Part shown: piece after piece, positions 25,316 through 36,815 of the stretch | How the letters are laid out: each line of letters starts with the position of its first letter | Numbering within the stretch: position 1 is the first letter of the stretch | From: Fistulifera solaris | Lineage: Eukaryota | Assembly (NCBI GenBank): GCA_030295235.1 | Contig: AP026155.1 | Coordinates: 434,001-498,000 of the forward strand | Direction: 5' to 3' | Length of the DNA: 64,000 bases | Notes under the pieces: model-generated | The model's input: only the letters and a program-made list of their open reading frames with translations | The model's database searches: none | Told to the model about the DNA's origin: nothing | Made by a program: the position numbers and the translations under genes

Positions 25316-27214
25316 AGGGCCATTTCTAACCTGAAGTTTCGTACCTTGCAAGGGCTGGGGACTCCGTTTGACTGTTTCTCTCGATAGCTCCGTGTTGGTA
25401 CTATTTACTAAAGGTGTGACATTCGTGCGACACAGATGTGACAACGTCCTTGAACCAGCAGTCACGGATAAATATTCCGTGTGCGCGCAGCACACAATCG
25501 ATAGCAGCCGAACATGCCAATTCAAACATCTTTTCTAATATATACCAGGTACTCCAAAGATTTTATTCGACATCATCCACTCTACTCATCAGAAAGCTCA
25601 GCAATCAATTGGTCGAAGAGAGCCGTTTCTTGATCTGCCGTGGATCTGTGTGTTTTGCTGAGTTTCATAAACTTCTCGATTTCGGCATGTTCGACATATG
25701 CATCGCCAAAATACTGGTAAGTCTGCGCATACCTGCGTGTCCTGTTGGTGAATTTGCGACAGTGATCGATGCTTATTTGTCGTAGAGCTTTATCCACTGA
25801 CCCTTGGAAGTCGGTTTTCTTATCTGGAAGAGAAATTTTGCGTCGGTAAAATCGCTTTGCCAATCCCCAGGCGTACTCGATGCCAAGGCCAGCAAGTTCA
25901 CAGTGGTACTTGGGCGAAAAGAGGACCGTGATCTGGCGCTCTGGAGTCGATAGTTGATTACAAAGGTCTTCAAGGTGAGTTATTTCATTCGAAAAGTCAT
26001 TTTGCCAGAATCACTGACAGCACAAATTTGTTCACGTCATCTTTTCTCGCCTCTAGAACTTCCCCATTGGCATCTTTCCAACTGTCCGGAATTTTTGCAT
26101 AATATGTTTCGCCTTCCTCGACATGGCCACGTTCCCAGGCAGCGTGCTTCATCCCTTTTGCTTTGTCCATCCAGCCCTCTACGATCTCGGATACTTCGTT
26201 ATAAAGGACGATGTTCGCTTCTTGGGCCTTTCGCTGGATGTCTTTTTTGTGTCTGTTGACCGCTTTTGAATTCCAAGTTCTTTGCAAAGTTCATCTTTTG
26301 TTTTGGCACTTTCTTCTTCTCGCCTGATGCTGTCGTTTTTTTGGCTCGCGGGACTGGTTGCATTTGCGCTTTCGAGTCAGGGCTCAGTCGGAATGCCAGC
26401 GCTCGTTTCTCTTGTGGTAAAGCGCAAATTGTTTGTGTCTAGGTAGATCTGGTACCACGTGGCTGCTGAGAACGTGAATATTGGCTTTTTGTTGTTCATA
26501 AAGTAGAAGAAAGAATGTTTGAATCGTTGCGCGTCACCAATGACTTTCGGCATCCGATAGCAACCGGTTTGATTTGCCTCGCTGTAGGTTTCAATCAAAC
26601 TAAACTTCATACTCTTACTCAGTGCGAACCGAAGATCATCAACATTAATATTCATTGCTCTGGCAACTGCAGCTTCACTGAACCAACGATCTGATAAACT
26701 TTTGGATTTTTTCAGCTGACCGAAAGCTGACTCAAAAGCGGATAGCTCAACAATGGTAGCTCCCCGCGCCTTCATTTCGTTATATTGTATTCTTCTATAA
26801 TAGTGTAACGTAGTTGTACAAATTTGAACGGTCAACGAGACCTACAACAGAAATTATACGTCTTCGAAATGATGGAATGAGGTTTTTGTCATGGTGAAAA
26901 TGTTTTTCGTCGTGATGTTATCGCGGAAAGTGGCGATAAATTCTTAGGATAAGGTTGAAGGATATTCTAATGTATCACGCAAAAGAGTAGGAACGTAGAA
27001 TATGTACCAGTTGAACGACAAGCAGTGAAATGGCGTCCCCAGCCCTTATTCGTATTTTCGCATTTTGCGTTCGTATCCAAGGTTTTACGGAGAAAGTGAC
27101 AGACGATAACTTCTCTATTTTCCATTTCTCTCCCGTTTGGGCAAAGTGGGCAAGAGTGGGAGCACGCGAAATACGAAAATACGAAATACGAAACTTCCGG
27201 TTAGAAATGGCCCT
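25316..27214 (-). mobile_element. Internally deleted TIR DNA transposon with IS630/Tc1-mariner-like transposase remnant
   Basis: 28-bp TIR: AGGGCCATTTCTAACCTGAAGTTTCGTA (25316-25343) vs reverse complement of 27187-27214, 1 mismatch. A second inner inverted repeat (25351-25374 vs ~27023-27046). Broken minus-strand ORFs read EGWMDKAKGMKHAAWERG...DFSNEITHLE...SPKYHCELAGLGIEYAWGLAKRFYRR...KTHR. Confidence 0.85.
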
Positions 27215-28285
27215 GAGTTATTTTTTTTGATGTGAGGCAATCAGCAATGCGTGACTGTCCACACTCCACACCCGGATCCAGTCAGAACTTAACCCTAATC
27301 CTCAATGTAGGCAAAAACCAATGACCAGCTTGTCTAAAACAGGTGCAAAACAGTACCGGTGCTGGTACCCGGACAATTTTTATAAAAATTAAATCCACCA
27401 TCATGATCCAAAGCCGTATTCCTTTCTTTTCAAACATCGAACGCTCACGAAAACATCGGATATCATAACAGTCCAGACCCGCAGAGTTGTGCAGACTTGC
27501 CGTATCTTGCTAAGATGACCGCATAAACTTCTACAGTAAAAATACAGGCGAATCAAACCCGGCGCCGCACGTGCTGGCGTTGTTGCTAGAATATTGTTAT
27601 TGTATTGATAGCAAAATTAAAAAAATAGCAAAAAAGGTCTATAGAAGAAAATCATGATAATATTCTGCCTTAAAAAAATTAGGAATAAATATAAATTCAA
27701 TGAATGTAAAAATTTAAAAAAATTATAATGAGTTAAACTCATCTAAAAAATGAAAAAGTAACTCTCATATAAATGGCTTAATAAACGTTATATCCGCCTT
27801 TCGTTGCTTCGACCAGTAAGCGTACTTTAACGATATCCAAGAGACGGTGCAACAGTTAGTCCGGTGGAGTTTTGTTACAAAGATACTGATCGTAAAACGA
27901 GTTACTCATCAATCGAAATATAAGAAGACAAGAAATCCAAAAAGGACATCAATTTTTCGTAGGGAACATCAATTGGTGTTGTTAACAACAGAGGCTCGTT
28001 TTTCTGAGATCTTCTCGAAATCAACATACAACAGGCACAAGGACTAACCCAAGAGAATAGGCCATATGTCGCGATGAATACTCAAATTGCATCATGCACT
28101 TATCAAACAATTCGAGTTTTGAAATCTCGCTTTCAACCATAAAATCTATTATCAAGGTCCGCCAACAAATCATTTCTCATGACATTTATCTAGTCCCTTA
28201 CTATTTTTGGTTGAAAAGGCCCGATCGTAAAAAAACTTTTTGTTGTTAACAAGAAGAATAACACTAACCTTTTAAATGTGGAACA

Positions 28286-28677
28286 AGCTTCAGCCAGACA
28301 GAATACTTGAGAAAAAATCATTATTTCAAGTTTGGCCTATTTTGCCGAAGATCCTATTCCCCCCAAAGCTTGTTTTCGCGATTTTCGTGTGATCATACGG
28401 CTTTAATTTAGAGCGAAGACTGTAAAGAGCCTTTTCATCGATTCTGTGCAATGAAGCGGCTAAAATAAGCTTCAGCCAGACAGAAACCTTGAGAAAAAAT
28501 CATTATTTCAAGTTTCGCCTACTGTTATGCAGCATAGCACAAATGATTTTGCCGAAGATCCTATTCCCCCCAAAACTTGTTTTCGCGATTTTCGTGTGAT
28601 CATACGGCTTTAATTTAGAGCTAAGACTGTAAAGAGCCTTTTCATCGATTCTCTGCAATGAAGCGGCTAAAATAAGC
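28286..28677. repeat. Tandem duplication of ~185 bp; second copy has an extra ~24-bp segment
   Basis: AAGCTTCAGCCAGACAGAA...GAAGCGGCTAAAATAAGC at ~28286-28470 and again at ~28467-28677 with few substitutions. Confidence 0.93.
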
Positions 28678-29221
28678 ATCAATGCATTGACCTTAAACAC
28701 TTAAAAACATCAGTGTAAATACTATTTGTGCAATCGGTGTTAGTAATTCATATCACAAATATTTTACTTTTTTTCTTTTATATTTGCTTGTGTCATTTTG
28801 TTCAACCAGTCTTTTCGCCCATCTGCAATGTTTTTCTCCACTTGGTAACAGAGAAAATATATTCTAGGGTGTTTGTTTGCGATTATGAAAATTCGACGTA
28901 CGAAGCAGCAGCCGATATCAGCAAGCACTTAATTCCTGAAGTCTACCTCAAAAATAAAATAGAAAATAAACTCGAGCAATGAGCAAGCGGTAAGGCGAGA
29001 GTAAGCTTTTTCCAGCTTCTGCTTTTTCTGGAGCCCGTTAACAACTATCTCACTTTGTTTCAGAAATGATTCAGCAAGATCAATTCATATTTCTTGAAGT
29101 CGATAAACGACTAAGCTTCATTCGAAAATGTCACTTAATCCGGCCACGTTCCAACCAAGATTAACGAGATTACATAGGCGAGTCTTGATCGGGGCTTCAA
29201 ATTAGGGCTGATAACATATTG

Positions 29222-29550
29222 GCTAAATGCGCTTGATATATCAAGGTATCTATACAATAGGGGCACACCAAAGAAATGAGTTTATTGATTGAATCGCTTT
29301 CGATAATATAATCCGTAGGACACCATGGCAGAATACGCGTCCTGCAAACTTGCAGCTGCAATTCTTACGATGGTGACGACCAAAACTGAAAGCGAAGATG
29401 TATCCTATGCTTCCATCGTATAGGAACAGTCAGCATTAAAGTCGGACTAGCTTGTTCTGTTTTCACAAGACTCATGGTTAAGGCAATGAATAACAAGAAG
29501 CCCTGTGGCTTGTTGTTGAAACGAATAGGAGGCGTTAGGCTGCCGCAAAA
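29222..29550 (-). pseudogene. Decayed inverted copy of the 5' flank and first ~85 codons of the DUF962 gene (source ~22988-23325)
   Basis: Reverse complement matches source blocks such as CGCCTCCTATTCGTTTCAACAA, GAACAAGCTAGTCCGACTTT, GTTTTGGTCGTCACCATCGTA and CATTTCTTTGGTGTGCCC, with frameshifting indels. Confidence 0.92.
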
Positions 29551-29862
29551 TTTTTATCCTGCTTCGGTGGAATCCAGGAGAAGGAGCAATACGGAGATTT
29601 CGCTCGTATCGGGAAACGGGCTAAGGACTCGCTTTCTACTATTTCTAGCTTGGTTTTATTTGTATCTGTGAGAGAATGATTTCGGACAAATATGAAAAGC
29701 AGTTTGAATTCTAAAAATCCTCATATATATTTTATTCCTAATGTTTTAATCGTCAGAATCTAATCTTGACATTCGACTGAATTTTCCACTTTTCATTCAC
29801 ATATATTTCAGTCTGACACTTCAATGAGTAAGCTTTGGTTCTAACTCCCTAGCCTTAGTGCG

Positions 29863-30520
29863 CTAGTTGAGGGCCAGTCCCGAGCCCGTTTCCCAATGAG
29901 GGGGATTCCGTTTTGGCATTCCTTCTCTTGGATTTCGCAGAAGCATACTAACTGACCTGACCAGGGAAAGACTCATGCGCGCCCGGATGAAGCCACAGAT
30001 CTCGGAGTATGGCTTGTTCCACTTCCGCTGAAGTTTTCTTGCAAGCTGTCTCGATGCTGAAATAGCCTGTTGTCCCATCATTCCGTCAATGGAAAAGACC
30101 AGGGGAGTGAAGTCTCGTCTGCGTTCGTGGCAAGGGGGTCCGTACATGCTACGCTTTTCACGCTCTTGAGAAGCCAGAACCTTAATCGGGTCACGGTTTC
30201 TGTATGACGGTGCGTCGGTATCAGTAACTCGGACATCGAAAATGGTCGTTCGTCTCTCATTCCAAAAGCCATAGGCCGAAACATCTCCTCGAAGCTCTTG
30301 AACCTGTGTACTGTTGTTGCTGTTGCCAAATGTGTGAATGGTAGGCTCATCACGAACAGATTTGGGTCCAAAGGCTTGCGTGCAAAGAGACATGAATTCC
30401 GCTTTTCAGATCGTCGTGTCTCTGGATAACAAGTCCACCGTTTTTGCATTGTTGTGCATGTTCGACTGTAAACGGTTTATTGCATCCATCACACTTCTTG
30501 GGGAGATCTAAAAATTGCAT
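29863..30520 (-). mobile_element. 5'-truncated CRE-like non-LTR retrotransposon (zinc knuckle + restriction-like endonuclease)
   Basis: LPKKCDGCNKPFTVEHAQQCKNGGLVIQRHDD[indel]...RGDV..GFW...IFDVRVTDTDAPSY...EREKRSMY...FTPLVFSIDG. This CCHC + PD-(D/E)xK layout is typical of RLE-clade elements; no RT retained. Confidence 0.85.
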
Positions 30521-31069
30521 CTGGATTAAAGAAATTAGGGAATGAGGTTTTAATGGATTTGATTTATTTACATGTATTTTTAAGTTTTATTCGGAAAGAG
30601 ACATGTATCTGATGCTTTTGGTCGCCTGTGACACGAATCGATGATTTGCTACCCTCCTTTTTGTTTTTGAGTGACAAGCCTGTACCAGATTCTCAGTGCG
30701 GTGGATTTCAATGTGGTACGCAGTCTCGGAGTTCGCAACAACATGCTTACTTGTCGCACCAACGAGACGACTCCTACAGTTTCATATCAGGTTTCAAAGA
30801 AATTGTGATTGACATGAGCAGCTGCTGTTTCCGTGTCTTGCTCTTGAGTCTGTTGTCTAGAGCTAGAGCAAATAGGTCGCACCGCAGCGATCAATAGAAA
30901 CTTGGGCTCAGTCTGGCCTTCATCAGTACAACGAGGTAGATCAATATGCGCCTTCGAATTCCCAACCTCAATGTTGCAAAAATTCGATTCGATCAATACG
31001 ACGATGGTTTTTTCCCTGATAATTGGAAAAGTTTCTCACACATCGCTTACTATTACTGCAAGATAAACA

Positions 31070-32573
31070 ATGAAGACAAGGGTTTTGTCTTTAGTAGCGT
31101 GCAGCGTGCTACAAAATTTGCAATACGCGTCAGCTTTCCACAGTCAGTGGCGTCTCACAGATTCTTTGCCAGAGAGCCGTTGTGCTACGACTTTTGCTGT
31201 TCGAAGACCGCGATCGAACGTCCCCGATTTCTCAATAGTAGACGATAGCGACGAAGGAGAGGACTGGGATCCTAACGACGAGCGCGAAACGGGGAAAAGT
31301 CCTGAGTTGTTGAGTGATCATGCTGCTCCTGACAGCGCCGCCAGAGAACCCAAAACGGACCGTCGCGCAAAATTAGAGCGCGGCTCGCGACGACAAGGAG
31401 CCGGGGATCGTAACATAGGATCACTACAATCAGCAAGTTGGATGCAGCGAAACAAGGTGTTCGCAAACAGCAATAGTGACGACTGGAATAATATCGATCC
31501 AGGCATCGATGGAAACGTCGAGAATGTACACTTTCGTCAGAATTTTAGAGGAACTCGAGTTTTCGTTACCGGTCTTCCTGACAACGTAACATGGCAAACC
31601 TTGAAGGATCACTTTCGTCAGGCAGGTGAAGTTGTCTTTGCATCAGTAAGTGCCGACATGGAAACAGGGAAATCCAAAGGATTTGGGGTAGTTCAGTATG
31701 AAACGACGCACGAAGCGCTAAAGGCGATTGAAATTATGCGTGAATATCCGCTCAACGGTTCTCAATTATGTAAGATTATTGTCATGTTTGCTTGCTAGCG
31801 TTATGAGACCTCTCTGACATACACACCTCGGGTCGTAGATGTTCGCCCAGATGTCCAGGAGAAGCAGGGGAAGGAGTTAGGAACGAGTTTCAGCAAGGGA
31901 GCGCGAGGGCCAACACCACCTTCCAAGTGGAAATGTGCAAACGAAGAAAATATTGGCATGCTTTCTGAAAGTGAGCGCAAAGCTATTTTGTCACTTATAA
32001 AAGCTCGTGACGACGCCCGAAGACGTCGTCAGTATGATGCATCGGATACAATGCGCGAGGAGTTGAAGATGCGTTATAACGTCCACTTAGACGATCGATT
32101 GAAAATGTGGTGGTCAAGTATTGATGGAAATCAAGTACCTCAATCTATACATGAAATAAAAGGTGACGGGAGATGGGGAGATCAGAAGCCATGGCGTCAA
32201 ATACCAACTACACCGGAGAACGACGCTTGCGTAGATCCTGACCTTGTTAATGGGTTGCTGACCCAGCGGGATATCGCTCGTCGCGAAAAAGATTTTAAAG
32301 CGGCCGATGTTTTGCTAGAGCAAGCAAGAAATTCTCCATCCGGCGACCTTTTTTTGCGAATACACGACGAAAGCCGAACATGGAGAATATGGACAAATGA
32401 CCCCCCCTCCGAAGGAAGTAAAACACCGAAAGGGTCCAGCGGAGCAATGTATTGAGTTACTTGAAGAATTCGCACCCCAAAAAGTAGACGAAATAAAAGT
32501 TCTTTTGGAGAAATTCCCGGGACGTGAGTACAACATTCTGAAGAAACTGAAACAGCTCTACTTGAAAGAATAA
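31070..32573 (+). CDS. RRM protein with two CysRS anticodon-binding-like repeats, predicted plastid presequence
   Basis: Signal ending YASA-F. RRM RVFVTGLP...KGFGVVQY. Intron ~31770-31838. Repeats ARDDARRRRQYDASDTMREEL and QRDIARREKDFKAADVLLEQ. Indel in C-run ~32405, then ...FPGREYNILKKLKQLYLKE*. Confidence 0.8.
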
Positions 32574-32684
32574 GCTTTGTTACGATGTAATAAGTAGTTT
32601 CTAGTGCAAAGGATCAGTTTTCATCGTTTGTTGCTTTTTCCAGCTGATAAGTGGTTTAAAAGGTGTTGGATTTGTGTACTGGTG

Positions 32685-34337
32685 CTACCCAGCCTCCATG
32701 TATGGATGATTGCGGAGATCTCCTGAAATGAACACGGCATCTTCTTCTTCCGTAACGTCTTCGTGCGGATATAGCTTGACCGCCAATCGACTAAAAATAT
32801 TAGATTCTTGCAGTTCAATATGTTTGTAATCCAAAGGTTGGAAGTTGACCTCGCCGAACATTGGCACAGCAACGACACCTTTGCCTTGTACTGTTGTCCA
32901 TCCTTTCGACTCCCATCTAAGTTTCATTGGGTGGACGGCAGCTTGCCCTCCAAATAAGAGAAGGCGAGCGAATTCGTCGCGACTGACCACCCATGCCCCC
33001 ATCCCAACTAAGCAAACCACCAGTGGCGCAAGGATCACAACAAAAAGCCGAGTCTCAACTTCTACTGGTCGATTCAAAGGTATCACCTCTCCAATCATCA
33101 CAATGAGAACGATGCAAATAAGCGCCGCCAGCGAGTATAAATTTCCGGCGGTTAGCTGCGACTCTGTAAGGCGGTAATACCCGATTTGGTGCCCATAAAT
33201 AATATACAGCAGCGACGCTGAAACGATCGCCAAGAAAGCAATGATCGGAATCAATACGAGTCGCCATCGTATTGAGTCATCACCATAGTCAACCTTTAAT
33301 ATCGTCAACACCACAGAGGAGAATGCGAGAAACCAACACAAGATTCTGAGCAAGTCCTGTGTTTTACAAATTATACCGTTCACGATACCGCCGGTCAACA
33401 ATATCCACAATGGGAATAAAGCCCCAGTTAGTGAGATCGATCTTCGCGTGAGCCGAATGTAAATAAGAATTTCAAAGAGGAATAAACAGAATGACAGAAG
33501 CCCCGTTTTTAAGCCATATTTCAAAGATCGTTGCAGCAATGGCAAATATTCAGTCCGATTGAGATGATCTCGCGAATCAGACCTTTGTCTGTTTTCATTT
33601 GCTTCAGCAATAAACGCTGATAAGGCTTTTGCTGCCAGTACGTGAAGCCAGAGCAAGCCTGCATGAGAGGTCCATGCTGGCAATAGAATAAACCAAAAGG
33701 GTAGACCAGGAAGGAGTCTAGTCCACTTTGACATACCGAATAGGATTGTCAGAGCGAAGCCGACCGACACAACAATCTGAATGACTAGCGTGAGAAAATA
33801 ATGTGACACTTGACGGCGCAAGTTCCCCTCGTCATGACTCACCCATGTTCGAGTTAAGGGCTTGAGCACTGTCAAAGCAGCCTTTCGCACCGTATATACT
33901 TCTTCCGGAATTTCCAAAACAGGTTGATGAGAGGAAGTACTGGTCGACATCCCACTACCCGACGCCTGTATCCCTGAGAAATGCGACCCATATCGTGATG
34001 CGGAATCCGGTTGTGGCGGTAAAGATGACATTGAGCCTGCTTTGTTGTATAGAAGAGACTCCTCGTCTCGGATTGTCTGTCGGGAGGATTGTGCGAAATT
34101 TATGCTGTCATCAAGCGACTCATATCCATCGTGATTAGGAATGATATCATCCTGAGACATCATAGTTTTGAAGTGCTGCTGATCAATGGGCGACGTACTG
34201 GCGCCCCGGCGCGACCGAACCAAACCCGCGCTATTTGTGTTTCGAAGCAGAGGGTCGGTTTCTCTCGCTAATGCAGGAGTGCTACTGTTCTCTTCGTTTT
34301 TCTTCACCTTTTCACTAGATAGCAGTTGGAGACTCAT
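32685..34337 (-). CDS. Multi-pass membrane protein, TMEM185-like
   Basis: Disordered N-terminus then ~8 hydrophobic segments with WFILLPAW, LFPLWI and LKVD..SIRWRLVLIP motifs. In-frame intron ~33841-33778. Confidence 0.6.
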   Translation of the reverse strand: MSLQLLSSEKVKKNEENSSTPALARETDPLLRNTNSAGLVRSRRGASTSPIDQQHFKTMMSQDDIIPNHDGYESLDDSINFAQSSRQTIRDEESLLYNKAGSMSSLPPQPDSASRYGSHFSGIQASGSGMSTSTSSHQPVLEIPEEVYTVRKAALTVLKPLTRTWVSHDEGNLRRQVSHYFLTLVIQIVVSVGFALTILFGMSKWTRLLPGLPFWFILLPAWTSHAGLLWLHVLAAKALSAFIAEANENRQRSDSRDHLNRTEYLPLLQRSLKYGLKTGLLSFCLFLFEILIYIRLTRRSISLTGALFPLWILLTGGIVNGIICKTQDLLRILCWFLAFSSVVLTILKVDYGDDSIRWRLVLIPIIAFLAIVSASLLYIIYGHQIGYYRLTESQLTAGNLYSLAALICIVLIVMIGEVIPLNRPVEVETRLFVVILAPLVVCLVGMGAWVVSRDEFARLLLFGGQAAVHPMKLRWESKGWTTVQGKGVVAVPMFGEVNFQPLDYKHIELQESNIFSRLAVKLYPHEDVTEEEDAVFISGDLRNHPYMEAG

Positions 34338-34673
34338 GTGTCGTCCCCGCGGTACGTGGAAAGCTTCCCTTGCTAAGAGTGGATAGAATGGCGTCAGTTA
34401 CGAGTGTGAGCACATTCATACAGTTAAGATATTATAAAGCATTTTCTCGTTGCTCTCACATGGGCCGAAGTCGCGAAACGACCAACTGTTGAGCAACGAG
34501 CAAGCTCGCGAGCCCTGCTCCGCCATCGCGATAACCATACCAGTACGGTACAAATTTTAGGGTGTCGATTTCGTGAAAGTGACGCACCGGTTATCTCAAC
34601 GGTTTGTGGTTTCGTTCCGAAAAGACGGCGTACTCCGAGTAATAAATAATGCAACGGTGCAACGGTTGAGTTA

Positions 34674-34758
34674 CGGGAAATGACGTCAAAATTCTGCCGC
34701 CAGTACAAAATTCTACGTGGCGTCCACGACGAGGCAGAATTTTAACGCCGTTTCCGGG
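34674..34758. mobile_element. ~85-bp hairpin MITE-like repeat, copy A
   Basis: GGAAATGACGTCAAAATTCTGCC...GGCAGAATTTTAACGCCGTTTCC terminal inverted repeat around the shared core ATTCTACGT.GCGTCCACGAC. Confidence 0.85.
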
Positions 34759-34763
34759 TGATG

Positions 34764-34822
34764 GTCGTGGACGCTACGTAGAATCTTTTTTCCGTGAGGC
34801 AGAATTTTAACGTCCTTCCGGG
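34764..34822. mobile_element. MITE-like repeat, copy B (partial, opposite orientation to A)
   Basis: GTCGTGGACGCTACGTAGAAT...GAGGCAGAATTTTAACGTCCTTCCGGG followed by TA. Confidence 0.8.
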
Positions 34823-35332
34823 TAGCGGTACCTGGTACCGTACCTGCTACCCGATACAAGTACGTAGTAATCACGATGTACACGAGTCACGAGCTGATAA
34901 TTTTTAAATCAGTCATGAATCTCAAAACGTAATTTGGTGTATTGTAAACTGCAAGGTGCGGGAAAAAGTATAAAGTATACACCCACGTAGGCCCCCGGAG
35001 AGAAATGTACCAAGCAGAGGTGCGTTCCCGTGTCTCCCTGTGACTCTACGTCGTGGCTTTCTTTACGTGAGCCAAAGTACGTAGTACACTTTATTGTACA
35101 AGCCCCGTATCGGTACCCCGCACCGTACCGTTTGACTGTGGATCTGGAATCTGGACTGAATGGCAGACATTAATAGCTGACGTCTGCGACCGTTCGCTGC
35201 TCGATCCCCGCAAATCTTTCTCGCATCGCGATGGTTTGGTGCGTTTTTTAGCGACGATGGCGCATTGATGTCGATAGGTTCTCTGTCAATTGGAAACAGT
35301 ACCTTCATCTTAACTTCAGTTACTCAACAAAA

Positions 35333-36815
35333 ATGAGATTTGATATCCTCCTTGTCGCTGCTTTGCTTCGCAGCTTCGGTAACGCTTTCGCGCCCTCTGC
35401 CCGCACTTTCATGGTAAGCAATGATGCTTGATGTTTCTATCGATGGTTCGTCTCTTCGCTCACATTTGCTTATAAAAACAGCAGACTTCGCCTTTGAAAA
35501 TAGCTACCGTGAGACCTTCTTATCTTCCGGCATCGTATCCTAGCCGTTATACTGCTGTAAGTCGGAGCACCAGCTTATGTGTCGATTTGACGAAGCAACA
35601 TTTCCCGGCTGCATTTTCCTGACTCTCACATCTCTTCGCAGCTTGCCTTGTCTGCAGAAGCCAGCGAGGCACCCGAGGCCGCCGAAACACCCGCGGAATC
35701 GGCCGAGAAAAAGATAGAATCATTTGGCTCAAAAGCCTTTGAATTGTACTTGAAGACAGCCGATGTAGCAACAAATTTGTTTCCTTTCTGGACCGTTCTG
35801 TTCACAGCAATTGCTCTCAAGAGTCCCCAGTCCTTCGCATGGTTCTCGACGGAATACTTCACAGCTTGCTTAGCAGCACTCATGCTCTCGATGGGAATCA
35901 CATTGACACCTAAGGACTTCGCTGATGTTGCAGCCAACCCGGTTCCCACTATTCTGCAATTTGCTCTCTGCTATGGTATGATGCCCGGTTTGGCCTTGGT
36001 TCTCGGTAAAGCTTTCGGAATGAGCCCCGCAATTATGGCTGGTATGGTATTGGTAGGTAGCGTCAATGGTGGACAAGCTTCAAACTTGTGCACCTACATT
36101 GCCAAGGGTAATGTTGCTCTTTCTGTCCTTATGACTACAGCAACAACTTTGGGAGCCATTTTCATGACGCCCGTCCTTTGCAAGGCCCTTTTGGGTGCAG
36201 TCGTTCCTATTGATGCTTTGGGAATCGCCCGCTCCACGATTGAGGTACGTCTGGAGAAATTCGGATCGTTTTTTCCGCGTCGGACATTGACTTACGTAGA
36301 GCCGTCCTTCTTGCATTTTAAATCTCGAAATGCAGGTAGTTCTGGTGCCGATCGTTGTCGGTATGACAACCAACAAGTTCTTTCCGAACTTTGTCAAGGC
36401 TATTTTGCCTTTTGCACCAGTTGTTGGTGTCGTCTCAACATGCTTGTTGGTGGGAAGTTCTGTAGCTCAAGTCGCGCCTTCCATCCTGGCTGCTGGATGG
36501 GGCTTGCAGGTTGCATTGAGTCTCTTGCATTTGATCGGAGGTATCGTTGGCTACTACATCCCCAAGTGGACTGGTTTCGGCGAAACGTCATGTCGCACCA
36601 TGGCCATTGAAACTTCGATGAAGTCTTCGGCTTTTGGATTCTTGCTGGCCAAACTGCACTTTGGTGAATTTGCTGCCCGTGTTCCTTCCGCTGTTTCCGT
36701 CGTTTGGATGGCACTAACTGGCAGTATTCTGGCAGTGTTCTGGCGCTCTCGACCGGTGCCTGTGGACGACAAAGATGAGTTCAGCTTGAAGAAGATCTTC
36801 TCCTTTGGCAAATAA
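35333..36815 (+). CDS. Bile acid:Na+ symporter family (BASS2-like) transporter, plastid-targeted
   Basis: MRFDILLVAALLRSFGNAFAP presequence; MLSMGITL, GGQASNLCTY, ALSVLMTT, RTMAIETSMKSS motifs; three GT-AG introns. Confidence 0.9.

Noticed and set aside
25316..27214. Fanzor/TnpB-like RNA-guided nuclease cargo in the transposon
   Set aside because: No RuvC motifs or zinc finger in any frame I could read; the ORFs fit a deleted transposase.
27289..27300. TTAACCCTAATC, telomere-like or telomerase-template-like motif
   Set aside because: Only ~1.5 repeat units, with no recognisable promoter or structure; expected by chance.
34674..34822. CRISPR-like repeat-spacer array
   Set aside because: The repeats are inverted arms of dispersed elements with a conserved core, not direct repeats with unique spacers; no cas genes, and the context is eukaryotic.
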